Part shown: positions 24,673-36,878 of the stretch, piece after piece
Layout: every line of letters begins with the position of its first letter
Position numbering within the stretch: the first letter of the stretch is position 1
Assembly (NCBI RefSeq): GCF_963853765.1
Contig: NC_088857.1
Coordinates: 42,532,001 to 42,596,000 of the forward strand
Reading direction: 5' to 3'
DNA from: Magallana gigas
Lineage: Eukaryota
Length of the DNA stretch: 64,000 nucleotides
Program-made: the position numbers and the translations under genes
The notes under the pieces: model-generated
Database searches by the model: none
Seen by the model: the letters and a program-made list of their open reading frames with translations, nothing else
Told to the model about the DNA's origin: nothing

Positions 24673-27600
24673 CTAGTCCTCTTTATTGTAGTGGTTGGAC
24701 TCGGCATACAGTGTGTCATAAATGTCATGATGCAGTGTTCCACGGGCCCAGTCCAGAAGTATTGAGTTCACGCCGAAGTTGACGTCTTTGTACCTACAAG
24801 TCAATAGTGTCAGCATTATACCATTGATGTAGGGGATAGTTTAGTATGTTTATTACGAATGGGATGAGTATAATTGACTGCCTTACTTTCTATGGTTCTG
24901 TTGAAATGAACTATCACTCGAGTGAAACATTAGGTCATTATACATGGTGACCATAGTCAGGAACAAGTAAACCCCTTGAAATAAAAATGTTAGAAGTTCA
25001 ATATATAACGGATGGACTGTTAGTTTGATAACAAACTTACTGTTGCAGAGACGGTACGAAAGAGCAAAACGGTGATTTATGATATCAATAATCTGTTATG
25101 AAAAATGAAAGACAATTTATTGGTAAAACTCGTTTGTTTTGTTATAAGAACTTGATATTGAATTTAGTTTTTATTACTATATAAAACCAAAACGTTTATC
25201 CGATTTTTCTCCATGACAATTGCTGAAAAACTGTTGTTACCTATGTGTGTAGGAAACATGTACATAGGTAGTAGACTCTGCAACAACATCGCCACACACT
25301 CCACTGGGTGCATCACCATTAAACTCCACGTGGTCTCCTTGGGCCGATGGCGCCAGAAGTGGATATTTTTATACAGCATTGGCGAATGAAAAGTACGATG
25401 GCGATAGTATGAGGAGACTTCGTAATACAAAAATAGCGCGGGAACTGACACGGCAAAATACAACCAACCCCAATCTGACACATCATTATAGAGGCGGGAA
25501 TAACCTGGAATACAGGGAAATGAAGAATACTTAACTTAGGCTTTAGATTTTTTACATGTTCATCGATGTCCTTTATCACTTTAAAATTTTTATTAGAGCC
25601 ACTAAGTACATAGTGCTATTCTGTTTCATCTTTCAATACCAATTTCTTTTTAGGGAGGAGCTTAAGTTTATACTTAGCTCAGACATGGTCAATATTTTCA
25701 ATAATTATACAAATCTGTGATTTCTGTCGAAAGTTTGTGTATAATAGTTACAATGTAGCATGAATAAACCGCGGGCCTGTGGTTCATAACTGTGACAACG
25801 AAATTTTCAAAAAATTGGTATTTTATACAAACAAGAAATGTTTATAAGCAAAAACACTTATAACATTTTTCTTAGGAAAAAGGATCAAATAAGCTCGAGG
25901 AAGCTCAAATAAGAAGGATATTTCGTAACGTGTGTAAAGGTGTATAATCACATAAGTTCAAACACAAACCATTGCAAATTTTAGTTGACATTTAGTAAAT
26001 GTATCTCAATACCTTTATTTGATGTGAACCAGGCCAGTAGAGCAGAAACAATGGACATCACTGCGACATTAAAGGAACTGAACATTGCGTCATTGAAGAG
26101 TGAAGAATCTTCCTCGATGTCACCATATCCCTTCAACAAATATAAAGTATTGTACATGCAACTTAAAAATTACTACTATACAGTGAAAATAATATATGGA
26201 ATGTTTTATGTCATATCATATCATACAAGTATTCGTGGTAGATGAATGTGAAACAGAAACTTATGTTCTTATTCGTTCCACTCAACAGAACATAAATTAT
26301 TTACAATAATAACAAAACACATGATTAGTGAAGGAAGCGCTTATTTTGCTGCATTTATTTACACGTACAAATACATATAAAGATTCTTCAAACTTCTTTC
26401 TGAAATAAAACATTTTACATAGTGCACAGTCCTTGATTTTTAAATGTCACTAAAAAAGTGGGTGGGTGGGGATTGTGCAAATGCGACAAAGAAAGGATTT
26501 CGAATGAGTGAAAATCGTGCTTAACTTGAATACATGTTCTACAGGTTATATGCTATAAATAGTAGCCAATGGCTACAGGTTTAAATATATATAACCAAAA
26601 CATATAACATGTGTTCTAGTACCTATGATAAATTAATCAAACGTGGACTACCTTTTTCCGCTTTGCACTCCCGAAGAGCCAGTACCAGACTCCAGCTATG
26701 ACATTGTACGATGTTACAGAAAGTATGACCGAATAAAATAGAAACTTGGGCAAGCTCTGGACTCTCTTAAACTCCGGCCATTGTATGGAGGGTAACCAGT
26801 CATCGAGGACCGGTATCTGTGAGGTGATGTTGTTTTTGTTTTGGAAATACCTGATGACGTCAAGGATCCATTCTCCTACATTGAAAGTATATTAGAACCA
26901 TTTTAACAAGAGCTTGGACTTTGGATAGTTGTGTCAAACAGTAATGTGATGCAGGCCTGTCTATTTCATTGCTGGCCACTCAGCCACGACTATCTGAAAT
27001 CAACAAGATTTGTCTGGCTTTTGAGCTAAGACTACGCAATCGGTGCTTATTTCGCTTGAAACTGCGTCAATTTTAACTTGTTTTGACGCAAGAAATAGAC
27101 AGCTACATCCAACCGAAAGTCCAAGGTCTTGTTATAATGGTTCTAATATTACAGCATCATACTATAATCGTTACAGTATTTAAGACTATGAAATAGAGAA
27201 TGATAATTAAAAAGCTGGATACAATGAAAACATCATAACGCTTGTCTTCTAAAAGACTTCAAACAGAAACCATTAATTGGTCTGCTACATGTATGTTGGG
27301 TTTTTCCTGCATATAGATTTTTGCCAGCTTGCTTCACTTTTGGATAGTCCCGTAGCTCCTTCCCATTCTTTTCATCATTTAAACTAAAACCCAGAATAAA
27401 AAGAAACCCAGAGCAAATTCTCAGCATGTGTCTAGGCTATCTGTTCGGTTTTTATTCAGCGTTGTGTTCATTCCAGTCTCGATCGATTTGCATGTTCCGT
27501 CAATTATTTATTCACTCTCGGGCCGCAACGACCCATATTGACGATCTGTTTATTACCCCAATCCATGAATACATGCAAATACAATTCGCACAAACTTACA

Positions 27601-28125
27601 AAAGATCACCGAATTAGTGTAATATTGTATAAGCATATAGTATACTACAATATCACCGGAATTTTATTTTTTATCTCTTGAGCAAGTTTAGTATGTAGTT
27701 CTACTTCTAACTCACGTTATTTAAATTTTTTTTCCAATGTTTGTTCTCTCCTTTACCAAACAAACGTCTTTTAAAAGAATCATTGAATTTTGTCACCGTA
27801 AACAGCATCACGTATATATATAGATGCCTACAGACTAGATCTTGTAATTGAACTTTCAACTTGGCTAAAGCATATAGGACTTCGTCCGACAAATATCAGT
27901 GGATTGTGTTTCTACCCGCCAATTTTAACATAAATTGATAAAAACCATATTACCCTCCGCATTTCAACAGAAACTGTTATAGGTACCCGTGTGTAGTAAG
28001 TACACTGTACCCGAGTACAACACTGTACAACTCAGAAGGCATTGATCTCACATACCTTTGGTCGATGCAATTATAAAAACAAGAACAATGAAGCCCATGT
28101 TAAGTGAGGTCTGGAATATTCCCAT
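24673..28125 (-). CDS. Divergent sterol desaturase / fatty-acid hydroxylase family paralog with degenerate His boxes (probable pseudoenzyme)
   Basis: Exons 28125-28056, 26875-26652, 26130-26013, 25504-25241, 24974-24887, 24793-24673 (294 aa), with the same six-exon phase pattern as the upstream paralog. Motifs are HRTFH, HFWRH, FHSS, QQNHR, VNFG..LLDW. Confidence 0.82.
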
Positions 28126-28458
28126 ACAAAGGCCTTCATCATTCTCTGAAGGCGGGGATCGCTTAATCCTTTTCCGCCGGACTTTTCGTTCAGGTGGTTG
28201 AAAGAAAATCATGTCGGTTCTGCTACCAATGTAAACAACTGTAAAGGGAGGTCACTCGCAATCTTTTTTCTGGTTGAGCGCACTTTGTGTGTTGTATCCG
28301 AACAAAAAAAATCTTTTATTATCAAAAATTTGATCGGGTCAGGGTTTTCAGAAAATTTAAAGACCGAATATAATTTATAGAAGAATCCCAGATTCTCGTC
28401 TTTACATGGGATATGGATTTTATTTATCAAATACCAAAATCAATATCGATACTGAAAT

Positions 28459-28526
28459 TGTATTCTCTTTTGAGAAGTGGACAGGCATAGCCTACTATGC
28501 CTGTCCACTTCTCAAAAGAGAATACA
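28459..28526. repeat. Perfect 32-bp inverted repeat with a 4-nt loop
   Basis: tgtattctcttttgagaagtggacaggcatag-ccta-ctatgcctgtccacttctcaaaagagaataca. Confidence 0.9.
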
Positions 28527-29220
28527 GGAATTGATGAATGTTCTTGATATACTTACAGTGTATTTTATTAGGAACGTAGACAAAGAACAAATACTTAAAA
28601 TTCTGAAATTAATCATTTTATTGACAACAAATGTTTGAAAAACAAAATTTAACAAAATTCCATATAATGTAAACCATTGATTTGGCGCTGACTAGTGTTA
28701 AGACTACATAAATCTCTACTTAATCAAAATTAAAATTGAAGCTCAGAATAACTCAGAAAGAAAGTACTTTAAAATTATCTATTAAAATAGACATAAGCAT
28801 AAAAGCGACTACACATCAAGCGCTAGGTATCAGGTTCCTTAGCACCGTCATATGCGTAGAGGGGAAAAAATATTTGTCAATTAAATAGCGACACATAACA
28901 ATTCTATTTAAATTTATGTATACATACAAATACCCCATATCCACATACACTCTACTCGGGGGAATTAATTTTGAATGGTCGTGCTGTGGGAAAAAAATCC
29001 TATTATGATTTTGATTTAGTTGAACTTTAAATTTAAATTCCACAAATAGAGCTAAACTTTTTCAAACTACAAATTCAATGTACATGTATTGAATTTAACA
29101 ATCTATCTTGTGTTTTAAAAAAAATAGATATCTTTGTTGGAGTTTTAACAATATAATATCGGTCGGTCAAAATACTCTGACCTCTGATTGGGGGTGGGGG
29201 TGGGTGTCCTTCATAACCAT

Positions 29221-29519
29221 AACTCTCATCAAGCAATACATCTGAGATAGTACTGTATTAGCTGTCATTTGATGTTTTGGTGACTATGATTGGGGTAGGG
29301 AATAAGAGGGGTGGGTTGATGCTAGAATCCCTTAACCTCATCCTTGGCACCCGTCAAGCAATACAAATGGGATGTCGTTGTATTCGCTGTCATTTGGGCG
29401 CGGGAGAGGACTGGGATGTGTCCATGTAAATATATTGTGTAAATACTGCCAATACGGACCACTCCATATACCCATCAAGTAATGCGATCGTATAAATCGT
29501 ATTAACTGTCATATGGGTA
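29221..29519 (-). ncRNA. Three tandem structured-RNA hairpins with kink-turn / SECIS-core-like motif (putative cis-element or small RNA cluster)
   Basis: Copies at about 29221-29276, 29347-29401 and 29469-29519 (spacing 125 and 121 nt). On the minus strand each reads stem-[AAU/UAU]-GAC-stem-loop-stem-UGA-stem, with compensatory changes. No expression evidence is available. Confidence 0.5.
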
Positions 29520-30147
29520 CGTGGACAGAGATCTTAGCGTAAAATAAAAAAAAAACCCATAACTACAACGAAAATAAGTTACTAGCACAGTTAACAAAAT
29601 ACAACTACAGTCAGTGAAAACAAATAAATATCAGCACTCTCCTGTGGCTGGTCACGACTGAGTATCAGTGAAATCTGTGTCACAGATTACACGTCATAGT
29701 GGATTATCAATACCTGACCAGCCCAGATCGGGCCCTCACACAGACTCTGTTCTTTGGTGTGTACCTGGTTACGTGTTAATGTTCATACCAACATCACAAT
29801 CACACACAGTTACACGCACACAGTACGTGCCAATCTTATATACAAACAGAAAATATTTATCTCTTTTAAAATAACAGTTTGATGTCCTTGCATTTCAATC
29901 AAGTTGAAATAGACTTAAATAATATTTCTGACCCCCCCCCAAAAAAAAAATATCCCCATTTATCTCTAAATTCCTATATATAAACATTCTCTTACGTTCT
30001 TGAAGTACCCTTGAAAAGTTACATTGATAAAAAGTATTCATTAATATTTCAACAGAACATTATCTTCACAATTAACCATTTTCACAAACAACAGAATCTT
30101 ATGGTCATACAGTGGCACCAACAGGAAGACTGCTTTGTTCTAAATGA

Positions 30148-33100
30148 CTATTCCGATTTCTGGCTTTGTTTTCCTCGTCCCCCAAAAACCTCTTCCCCAT
30201 ATACTCTGCTCTCTTTCCTCAGAGTATCATGGAACCAGTCAAAAAAGTACGTGTTGAATCCAAAATTGACGTGAAAATGTCTGGTAAACAAAGAAAAAAT
30301 AAATATAATTCCAATGCCTGTTTTGTAAGTCATATAAAATCATGACTGTTTACTAGTATTATTGATTTTATTCATTATGGTTCTTACTTGTGGTGGTTGT
30401 CATGGAAATAGGAATGCGGTTGCCATGGCCAGATGGCGCCCATCTTGATTCCGGAATGGTCGCAGAGTCCGTAGTAGTAGGAGTAAAGCAACACAAACAG
30501 GAAGGGGACTGGAAAAAGGACAAGGTCACCGATATAGCCCATTGAAACCCCATCCTTTTATATAATTTTACAGATGTGATATAAGCAATTTCCAAAAAAA
30601 ATAATTAAACATGACAACGTTACTCGTATTATTTTTTCTCTTCCTTCTATATTCAAGATGATAAAACATCATTGTGACTTCGCCATGACTAATGCTGAAA
30701 TATGGTTTGGAAACTTTTCTTCGAGACGTATACTGCTCTTTTCATTTTAACTTACAGGCATGGATTGGAACAAGGAAGGGCGTGGCCGCCAGATACCCTT
30801 GGTACATGATAAATTCCAGAGGATGCATTGCCACTGCGCTCCAGGCCGTGGGCTGGTGGTACCGGTGGTGCATTTTGTGGATCTTTTTATACAGCCAAGG
30901 GTTGTGGAACAGACGGTGAAGGTAGTAGGCCATTGTCTCGTTATAAACAAAGAACGCCACTAGAGAGAAAAGGAAGTATGCCCAGCCTCGCTCTGGTACA
31001 CTGTAGTACATTTTAGAATGCCCTGAAGTTCAAAGAAGAAACCATGGTGAAACCAATCGAGACCCTACCTACTGAGAGATTTAAAAATGCATTCAAATTA
31101 AAAAACAATAATTGCATAATTTAAATGAAAAATTTGCAGTTCTATAAAACACTGTTGATGATGTTGAATGCATGTAAACTATTGTACCGCCGTTCATGAT
31201 GTAACAGGCAATGACCCCAGAAGCCGTTGACCCTATTAACATGTTCATGGAGCCAAGGAGAATCTCGTGTCTTTCGTTCTCGGGGGTCAAGAACTTGTCC
31301 GGCTGACACTTCCACTCCTTGGCCTGTACAGGAAAACAATAAGTCGACTATGTTACAACACAGCACACCATTCGAACATATGTAACAGAAATTCTTTATA
31401 TTCAAGCACTCTATCTTTTTATCGTTTATAAATATGATTATTACTGTATTTTCAAAGAAATGAATTTTATGGGTTTTTCTGTTTTTGTTTGTTGTTTGTT
31501 GTTTTTTGTTTCACTAGTTTCACATTGTTATGCGTGAAGGAAATGTAATTCATGCTAAAGTTTTACTCATGGACAGCTACAATGTCTAGAATCTCACAAT
31601 GTTTACCTCAGTGCCAAATTTAGTTTGAGATACCAAAAGCTAACCATAACATATAAAACTATGTAAATAATGTTCCTACATTTAAGTAGCGCAATAAGTC
31701 CTCACGTCCACGTGAAAAGACCCCCGATATAACAATATAGCATTCCGCTATGATGGGTACATCCTGAGGTATCGTAAGTGTAAATTTAGTACAGATGCAT
31801 GCTAGATATTGTCTTGTATGGAGTTTTAGGAACGATTACATATCGACTGATAATATGGAGAGATCTGTATATTTTGCTACAGATAAAAGTAACCAAGGAA
31901 TCGATAGTTACCCAAAGGTGCTATTAGACCTTAGATATTAGAACATACAATTCCTAGACATAAATCGATTTCCTACCTGCCCGACTGTTAGAAAAAGAAG
32001 GATTTCTTGTAAAACTGCAAAACATGTTCATAAAAACAATTTCTCTAATATAACAAAAAAGAATGATGATTTATACAGCCATGTGAGTATCTGCTAACAG
32101 AAATCTAGTGCAGACCTTAGGATCATAACCAAGGGTGTGTAACTAATTTATTTAAATAAATGCTTAATTACCAAGTGCCTGCGGTTGACATAGTAGTAAT
32201 AGTGCCACCCATACGCCATGCCATAGTACATAATGAAAGACGTGGACACGGCCATCAGAACGAACCAGTGCACGTTCTGGAGGTGGTGGGATTCCAGCAG
32301 GAATTGGGGAGGGTGGGTGGTGCCATTGTCAGCGCTCACAGTAGGCACCTGCTCATCCAGTCCTAAGCCCGTTATTTGTTGAAGCTGGTCCCTGAACATG
32401 TATACTATCACCAGGAGCCATTCTCCTACAATAGTGTCACAGATGATTAATGTGTTCGTTTCATTCTATAAATAGATGATATTCAAAGTAAAATCTTGAT
32501 AATAAGCTGCTTTGATAACACAACCCACAGCTCTGGAAAATTAAAAAAAAAGCTCCTTAGGTTTTACAAAGACGCTATAGTTTCTAACTGAACATATTTA
32601 GGAAAGAACCTCTATTCAAGGCGTTTCTAAAATTATAACAAAATAGAGCGTAAAAATAGAGATTTTCATTTCTATTTCCATCCATATTAAACGAACAACC
32701 ATAGTATCTATTCTGTCAGGTAATCCATCTATTGTGCAATTTATTGCATCTATGAATCATCTATAAATTGTTCTATTGTTGAAAAGGCCGGTCTACTCAA
32801 TATTTAGTAATAAAAAGGTATATGAATGTTCTATATGGTTTGTAATATTACAAAACATCATCTTGCATGAAATAAAGAATATGCCATTGTCAAAAACTAC
32901 CAGTAAAATGATTTGAAGCAATGTTCAAGCCTGGAAAAGGGCTCTCCATTGGTGGAGGCAGGATGGGTTCTAAGCTATATTACATCGATTAAAATATATG
33001 AGAAAAAAAACAATCTTCAAGTCAGGGAGACATGCTAAAGAAAGCGCATTGAATTCGAATCTTTATTAAATTCATTGTCTCCCTCTTGCTCAACAAATAT

Positions 33101-33643
33101 CAGCAGGTCAGAAACATTCAGTGGCATGTAATTAAATTAAATATTGGGCGTCTAAATTCAATATTGTATTATAAGACCACAAACAATAACTTTAAGTTGA
33201 TGAAATTTATTGAATAAATATTTTGTTATCCAATTAGAAACTAGAGCACGTATCGATAATCCTACTGGGTCTTTGACTCAATATATATGTCAAATCGATA
33301 AAATTTAAATACCCTAACTCTCCGTCGATGCAGTTTTAGTGAGAGATAAAAGAATTTATGTTTATCTAAGTACAAAATCAGGAAAAATCAAGAATTTTGT
33401 AGAATTTTCCCTGAATCATTCTAACAATAACATGTAAATTTAACGTTGTAGTTTTATAAACATTCCATAAATTTGAAAATGAACACTTATGCTCATTATT
33501 TATGAATGAAAATATATTATTTATAAAATTATTAGCATGGAAAATAAACACAAACCTCTTGTAGCAGTCGCCAAAAAGAAAACAATGACCATGAATGCAA
33601 ACTTGGAGAACGATTCCGACATGTTTTCTCCTATTAGCCCCAT
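30148..33643 (-). CDS. Lathosterol oxidase-like sterol desaturase (SC5D/ERG3-like, fatty-acid hydroxylase superfamily)
   Basis: Exons 33643-33556, 32425-32172, 31323-31188, 31022-30756, 30508-30388, 30280-30148 (332 aa). His boxes are intact: YYLHRLFH, HKMHH, DHSG, HDNHH. It also has AMHPLE and HVNFGFNTYFFDWFHDT. Confidence 0.9.
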
Positions 33644-35084
33644 CTTTTTTTATTAATGAGTCCACCTTTTCTATGTATAGTATTTGGCCGGATGAGGTTT
33701 TCTTCCTGTATTCACCAGTAAATACCACTTGTATCACATCCTCGAAATATTGCTTGTCTTTAGCGTCCGTCAAGTCAAAAACTGGGCCCAATGTTGCTGA
33801 TACCGGTGTTTATCGCCAATGCTCTGGGGGCAAGAAGCGATCAAAACTAAATGGGGCGAACGAAGGGGAAATTTTCTCTGTATAGTAATATCATCACTAT
33901 TATGTTGTATTGCCACTTACGTCCTCAGCAAAATATGTCTCATTTAAAAAAATATTTATAACATACTCGGTACATTAAATACAAACATTAACATTTTAAA
34001 CAAATGTTGATATATATATATATGGTTCACTGTAAGGTAAAGTTGGTACTATTGATCGAGACTATTTATAAAAGAGGATTACAAGGAATTTTCCTTAGCG
34101 ATAACGTACGTACGCGTACGGTGGTTACTTGCAATACCGATGCTTAGTGTAAGATTGTTTATAAATAGATTTTCCCCATCGTAATAAAATGCATATTTTT
34201 TTCTCAAAATAAATAAATACATGTATAGGGTATCTGCCACAAAACTTGATACGGGTCAATAAATAATTAAAAAAGATCTGCCACTAGTACACAATTAAAT
34301 CTCTAGATCTAGACTAGACGTAAAATTTGAAACTCAATAAAACGTTCCAAAAATATTTTTATAAGTTTAAACAGTATGGAATTTTTAAAGTTAAAGAACA
34401 TAAAATATTTCAATTTTAGTAGATTCGGCGGATGAGAAGTTTGGGGGGGGGGGGGGGCGGGTGCTGGACCAGGACGTAGTGAAACCTGTTAATAATTTCA
34501 GCAAACTTCACTTAAATTGCACTATTATTATCTTTTCACAATAGTTACATAATCTTAACTTAAAAGAAAAAACCCAACATAATTACTTTTCATCATCAAA
34601 TCATTATTGTGTTCTGGAATGTCACCCAACAATTATTGTGATCGAATTCCACATTATAATTATTGTGCGATTACAAGTCTATGGAATATACAAATATCTA
34701 TGATATTCATATCTCTACTTTGAAATCCTCGGTAGCCATTGGTAACACAGAGATTAATAGTATATAATACAAAATCATGCTATTTTTTAATTTGACCTGC
34801 GAAAAACAATAATATTGAAATGTTTCGATACTATTATTCGGAACTGTCAGTCGCTTTAATCGCATATTTTTCCGAGTCTTTCCGGCATAGGTTTCCCGAA
34901 TATGAGAAAGACCCAGGAAGTTGAGATTGTCGGTTGTTTATCATCAGAAAATTTGTTTGTACAGTCTCTACATCTCGCTTATAACACGATGATTTACACT
35001 TAAAATATGGTTACTAAAAATAGTTCAATAAGACATTCTTAAAATCATAAATGAGGAAGCAATTAGAATTTGAAATTTTTCAGC

Positions 35085-35108
35085 TCAAATCATGACCATG
35101 TCCCTTAA
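35085..35108. mobile_element. Solo terminal remnant of the 6430-6930 MITE family
   Basis: aaatcatgaccatgtcccttaa matches the right TIR aaatcgtgaccatgcccctttaa. I could not find the matching left end. Confidence 0.5.
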
Positions 35109-35164
35109 CAGGGTTTGGGCGCAATACATCCATTGGGTTAATATGGTTTTAAACAAACGACAAT

Positions 35165-35684
35165 ATATGGTATGGGCCTATTATGGCCCCGTAAAATGAA
35201 CATCATCCATTTTCTGTAATTCTTTGCTTTTTTGTACGGATATTTATGTGCAGTTTTTTGTTAATTTTCATTTTGATCCAAATGTCCACAATTTTGAAAT
35301 ATGACATCATAAAGTAAACCTTCTCCCGCCATTTTTGCATTTTTAGCATAAAAGGTTTGTTTTCAAATATTTTTTTCTTTAGAAAACCTTAATTATTAAT
35401 GTTTGAACAAACAAAATTTTTCATCAAAGATGTATTTACCCAAGACTTAAGTGACAAAAAAATGTTCCTTTTCAAAGCGTCGCTATTTATTTCCATTAAA
35501 AAAAAAGATAAGATATATGTCAATTTGGGACTGATTATGATTGAAATTCAAAAATAGCGTCATATATGACGTTATATACTGCAAGCGAGTGCAAATAAAC
35601 TAAATAAACGGGTAACAATTTAATATACCTGACACACTTTTAAAAGTTGCGAATGACGGGGGCCATATTAGGCCCATATCATAT
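35165..35684. mobile_element. MITE with ~28-bp TIRs
   Basis: atatggtatgggcctattatggccccgt ... acgggggccatattaggcccatatcatat. About 520 bp, non-coding interior. Confidence 0.7.
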
Positions 35685-36305
35685 CAAATCCTTTGACTAT
35701 TTTCTTTAATTGTCTTTCTTCCTTTAACTGAACCATCTTTTCAAATACTTTTAAAAAACTATAAAACTTCAGCGGTTATCTTCCCTTGTCTCAGGTAAGC
35801 AGGTAAATACTTTAAAAACTTTGCATATCTGTGCACCGTAACTCAGGTGTGTCAGTGATACAAGTTTCACCTGTGAACGCCATTTTTGTCTTATCTCCTC
35901 CCTACAGGTAGGTTGTTGTGTTTTCGTTTTATCTTTTGTTTATTGTATGTGAACATATTTGTACATGTGGGATTTGTAATGATTATGTACACAAATCTAA
36001 CATTTTCTAAAATTTAGCAGTAAAAGGTCAGGTTGTCATTAAGAGAAAAAATAAAGGTAGCTAATTAAGAAAACCCGGGTACAGGGGTTTCGTAAAGTAT
36101 GACAAACGTGACCCTGCATAACTTCTGACTATTGAGATGATACCGGTATAACGCATACACTATATAGAATTTTTCATACGTATCTATCTTCAGTGTGTGT
36201 TGCAACTTATATTACCATGTCTTTAATTTATTCAGTTTGTAGATATGAGCAAGTCATACAATATAGAACCTCTAGCATACAAGCCTTCGTCAAATGATAA
36301 GTTTG

Positions 36306-36433
36306 NNNNNNNNNNNNNNNNNNNNNNNNNNNNNNNNNNNNNNNNNNNNNNNNNNNNNNNNNNNNNNNNNNNNNNNNNNNNNNNNNNNNNNNNNNNNNNN
36401 NNNNNNNNNNNNNNNNNNNNNNNNNNNNNNNNN
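36306..36433. other. Assembly gap (128 N)
   Basis: Run of n. Confidence 1.
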
Positions 36434-36878
36434 GGACCAAGCCCGTTTTAACATTAATTTCAATGTAACCATAAATAAAGTTGGTTACATTGAAATTAAT
36501 GTTAAAACGGGCTTGGCCCCTGTGGTAAAAAGTAGAAAATACAATGCCTTCGTATGATTTACCACTGACGTCGAATGTTCAGGTAAGTGTTTAAAATAAG
36601 CTATACAACAGACCCGCAACCAATTGACCGCCCTTTTATTGCTCTGGCAGCCTACCTGGGTAAACCTTACATCTCTTTGTTACTTGCGATAAAATCTAAA
36701 ATACCATGTAAGTAAATGCAAGGTGAAGGAATCGAAGATATAAATACACACTGTTCATTTACATTTAATGACTAACACAAATCAGAATTGGCAATTACAA
36801 AAAGGAGCAAAACCAGACGAAATGGATAATTTAAATTAGAGTGGAAGAGCATAGAAAAAAGACATCTACATCCACCCA

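Noticed and set aside
27233-27427. ORF MLRICSGFLFILGFS as first exon of the degenerate desaturase
   Set aside because: 28125-28056 is homologous to the paralog's first exon and has a strong phase-1 donor; this ORF is intronic.
29221-29401. miR-137-like sequence (UAUUGCUUGA) on the minus-strand 3' arms
   Set aside because: The match is limited to about 10 nt, it is not conserved in copy 3, and the large asymmetric internal loop is atypical of pre-miRNAs.
29221-29519. Canonical SECIS elements implying a selenoprotein
   Set aside because: The apical AA(A) at the required spacing is missing, helix II is short, and neither desaturase has an in-frame UGA. Kept only as SECIS-like/K-turn.
33378-33791. 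137-aa minus-strand ORF
   Set aside because: It has a non-ATG start, overlaps the true desaturase first exon in another frame and runs into intron; no recognisable domain.
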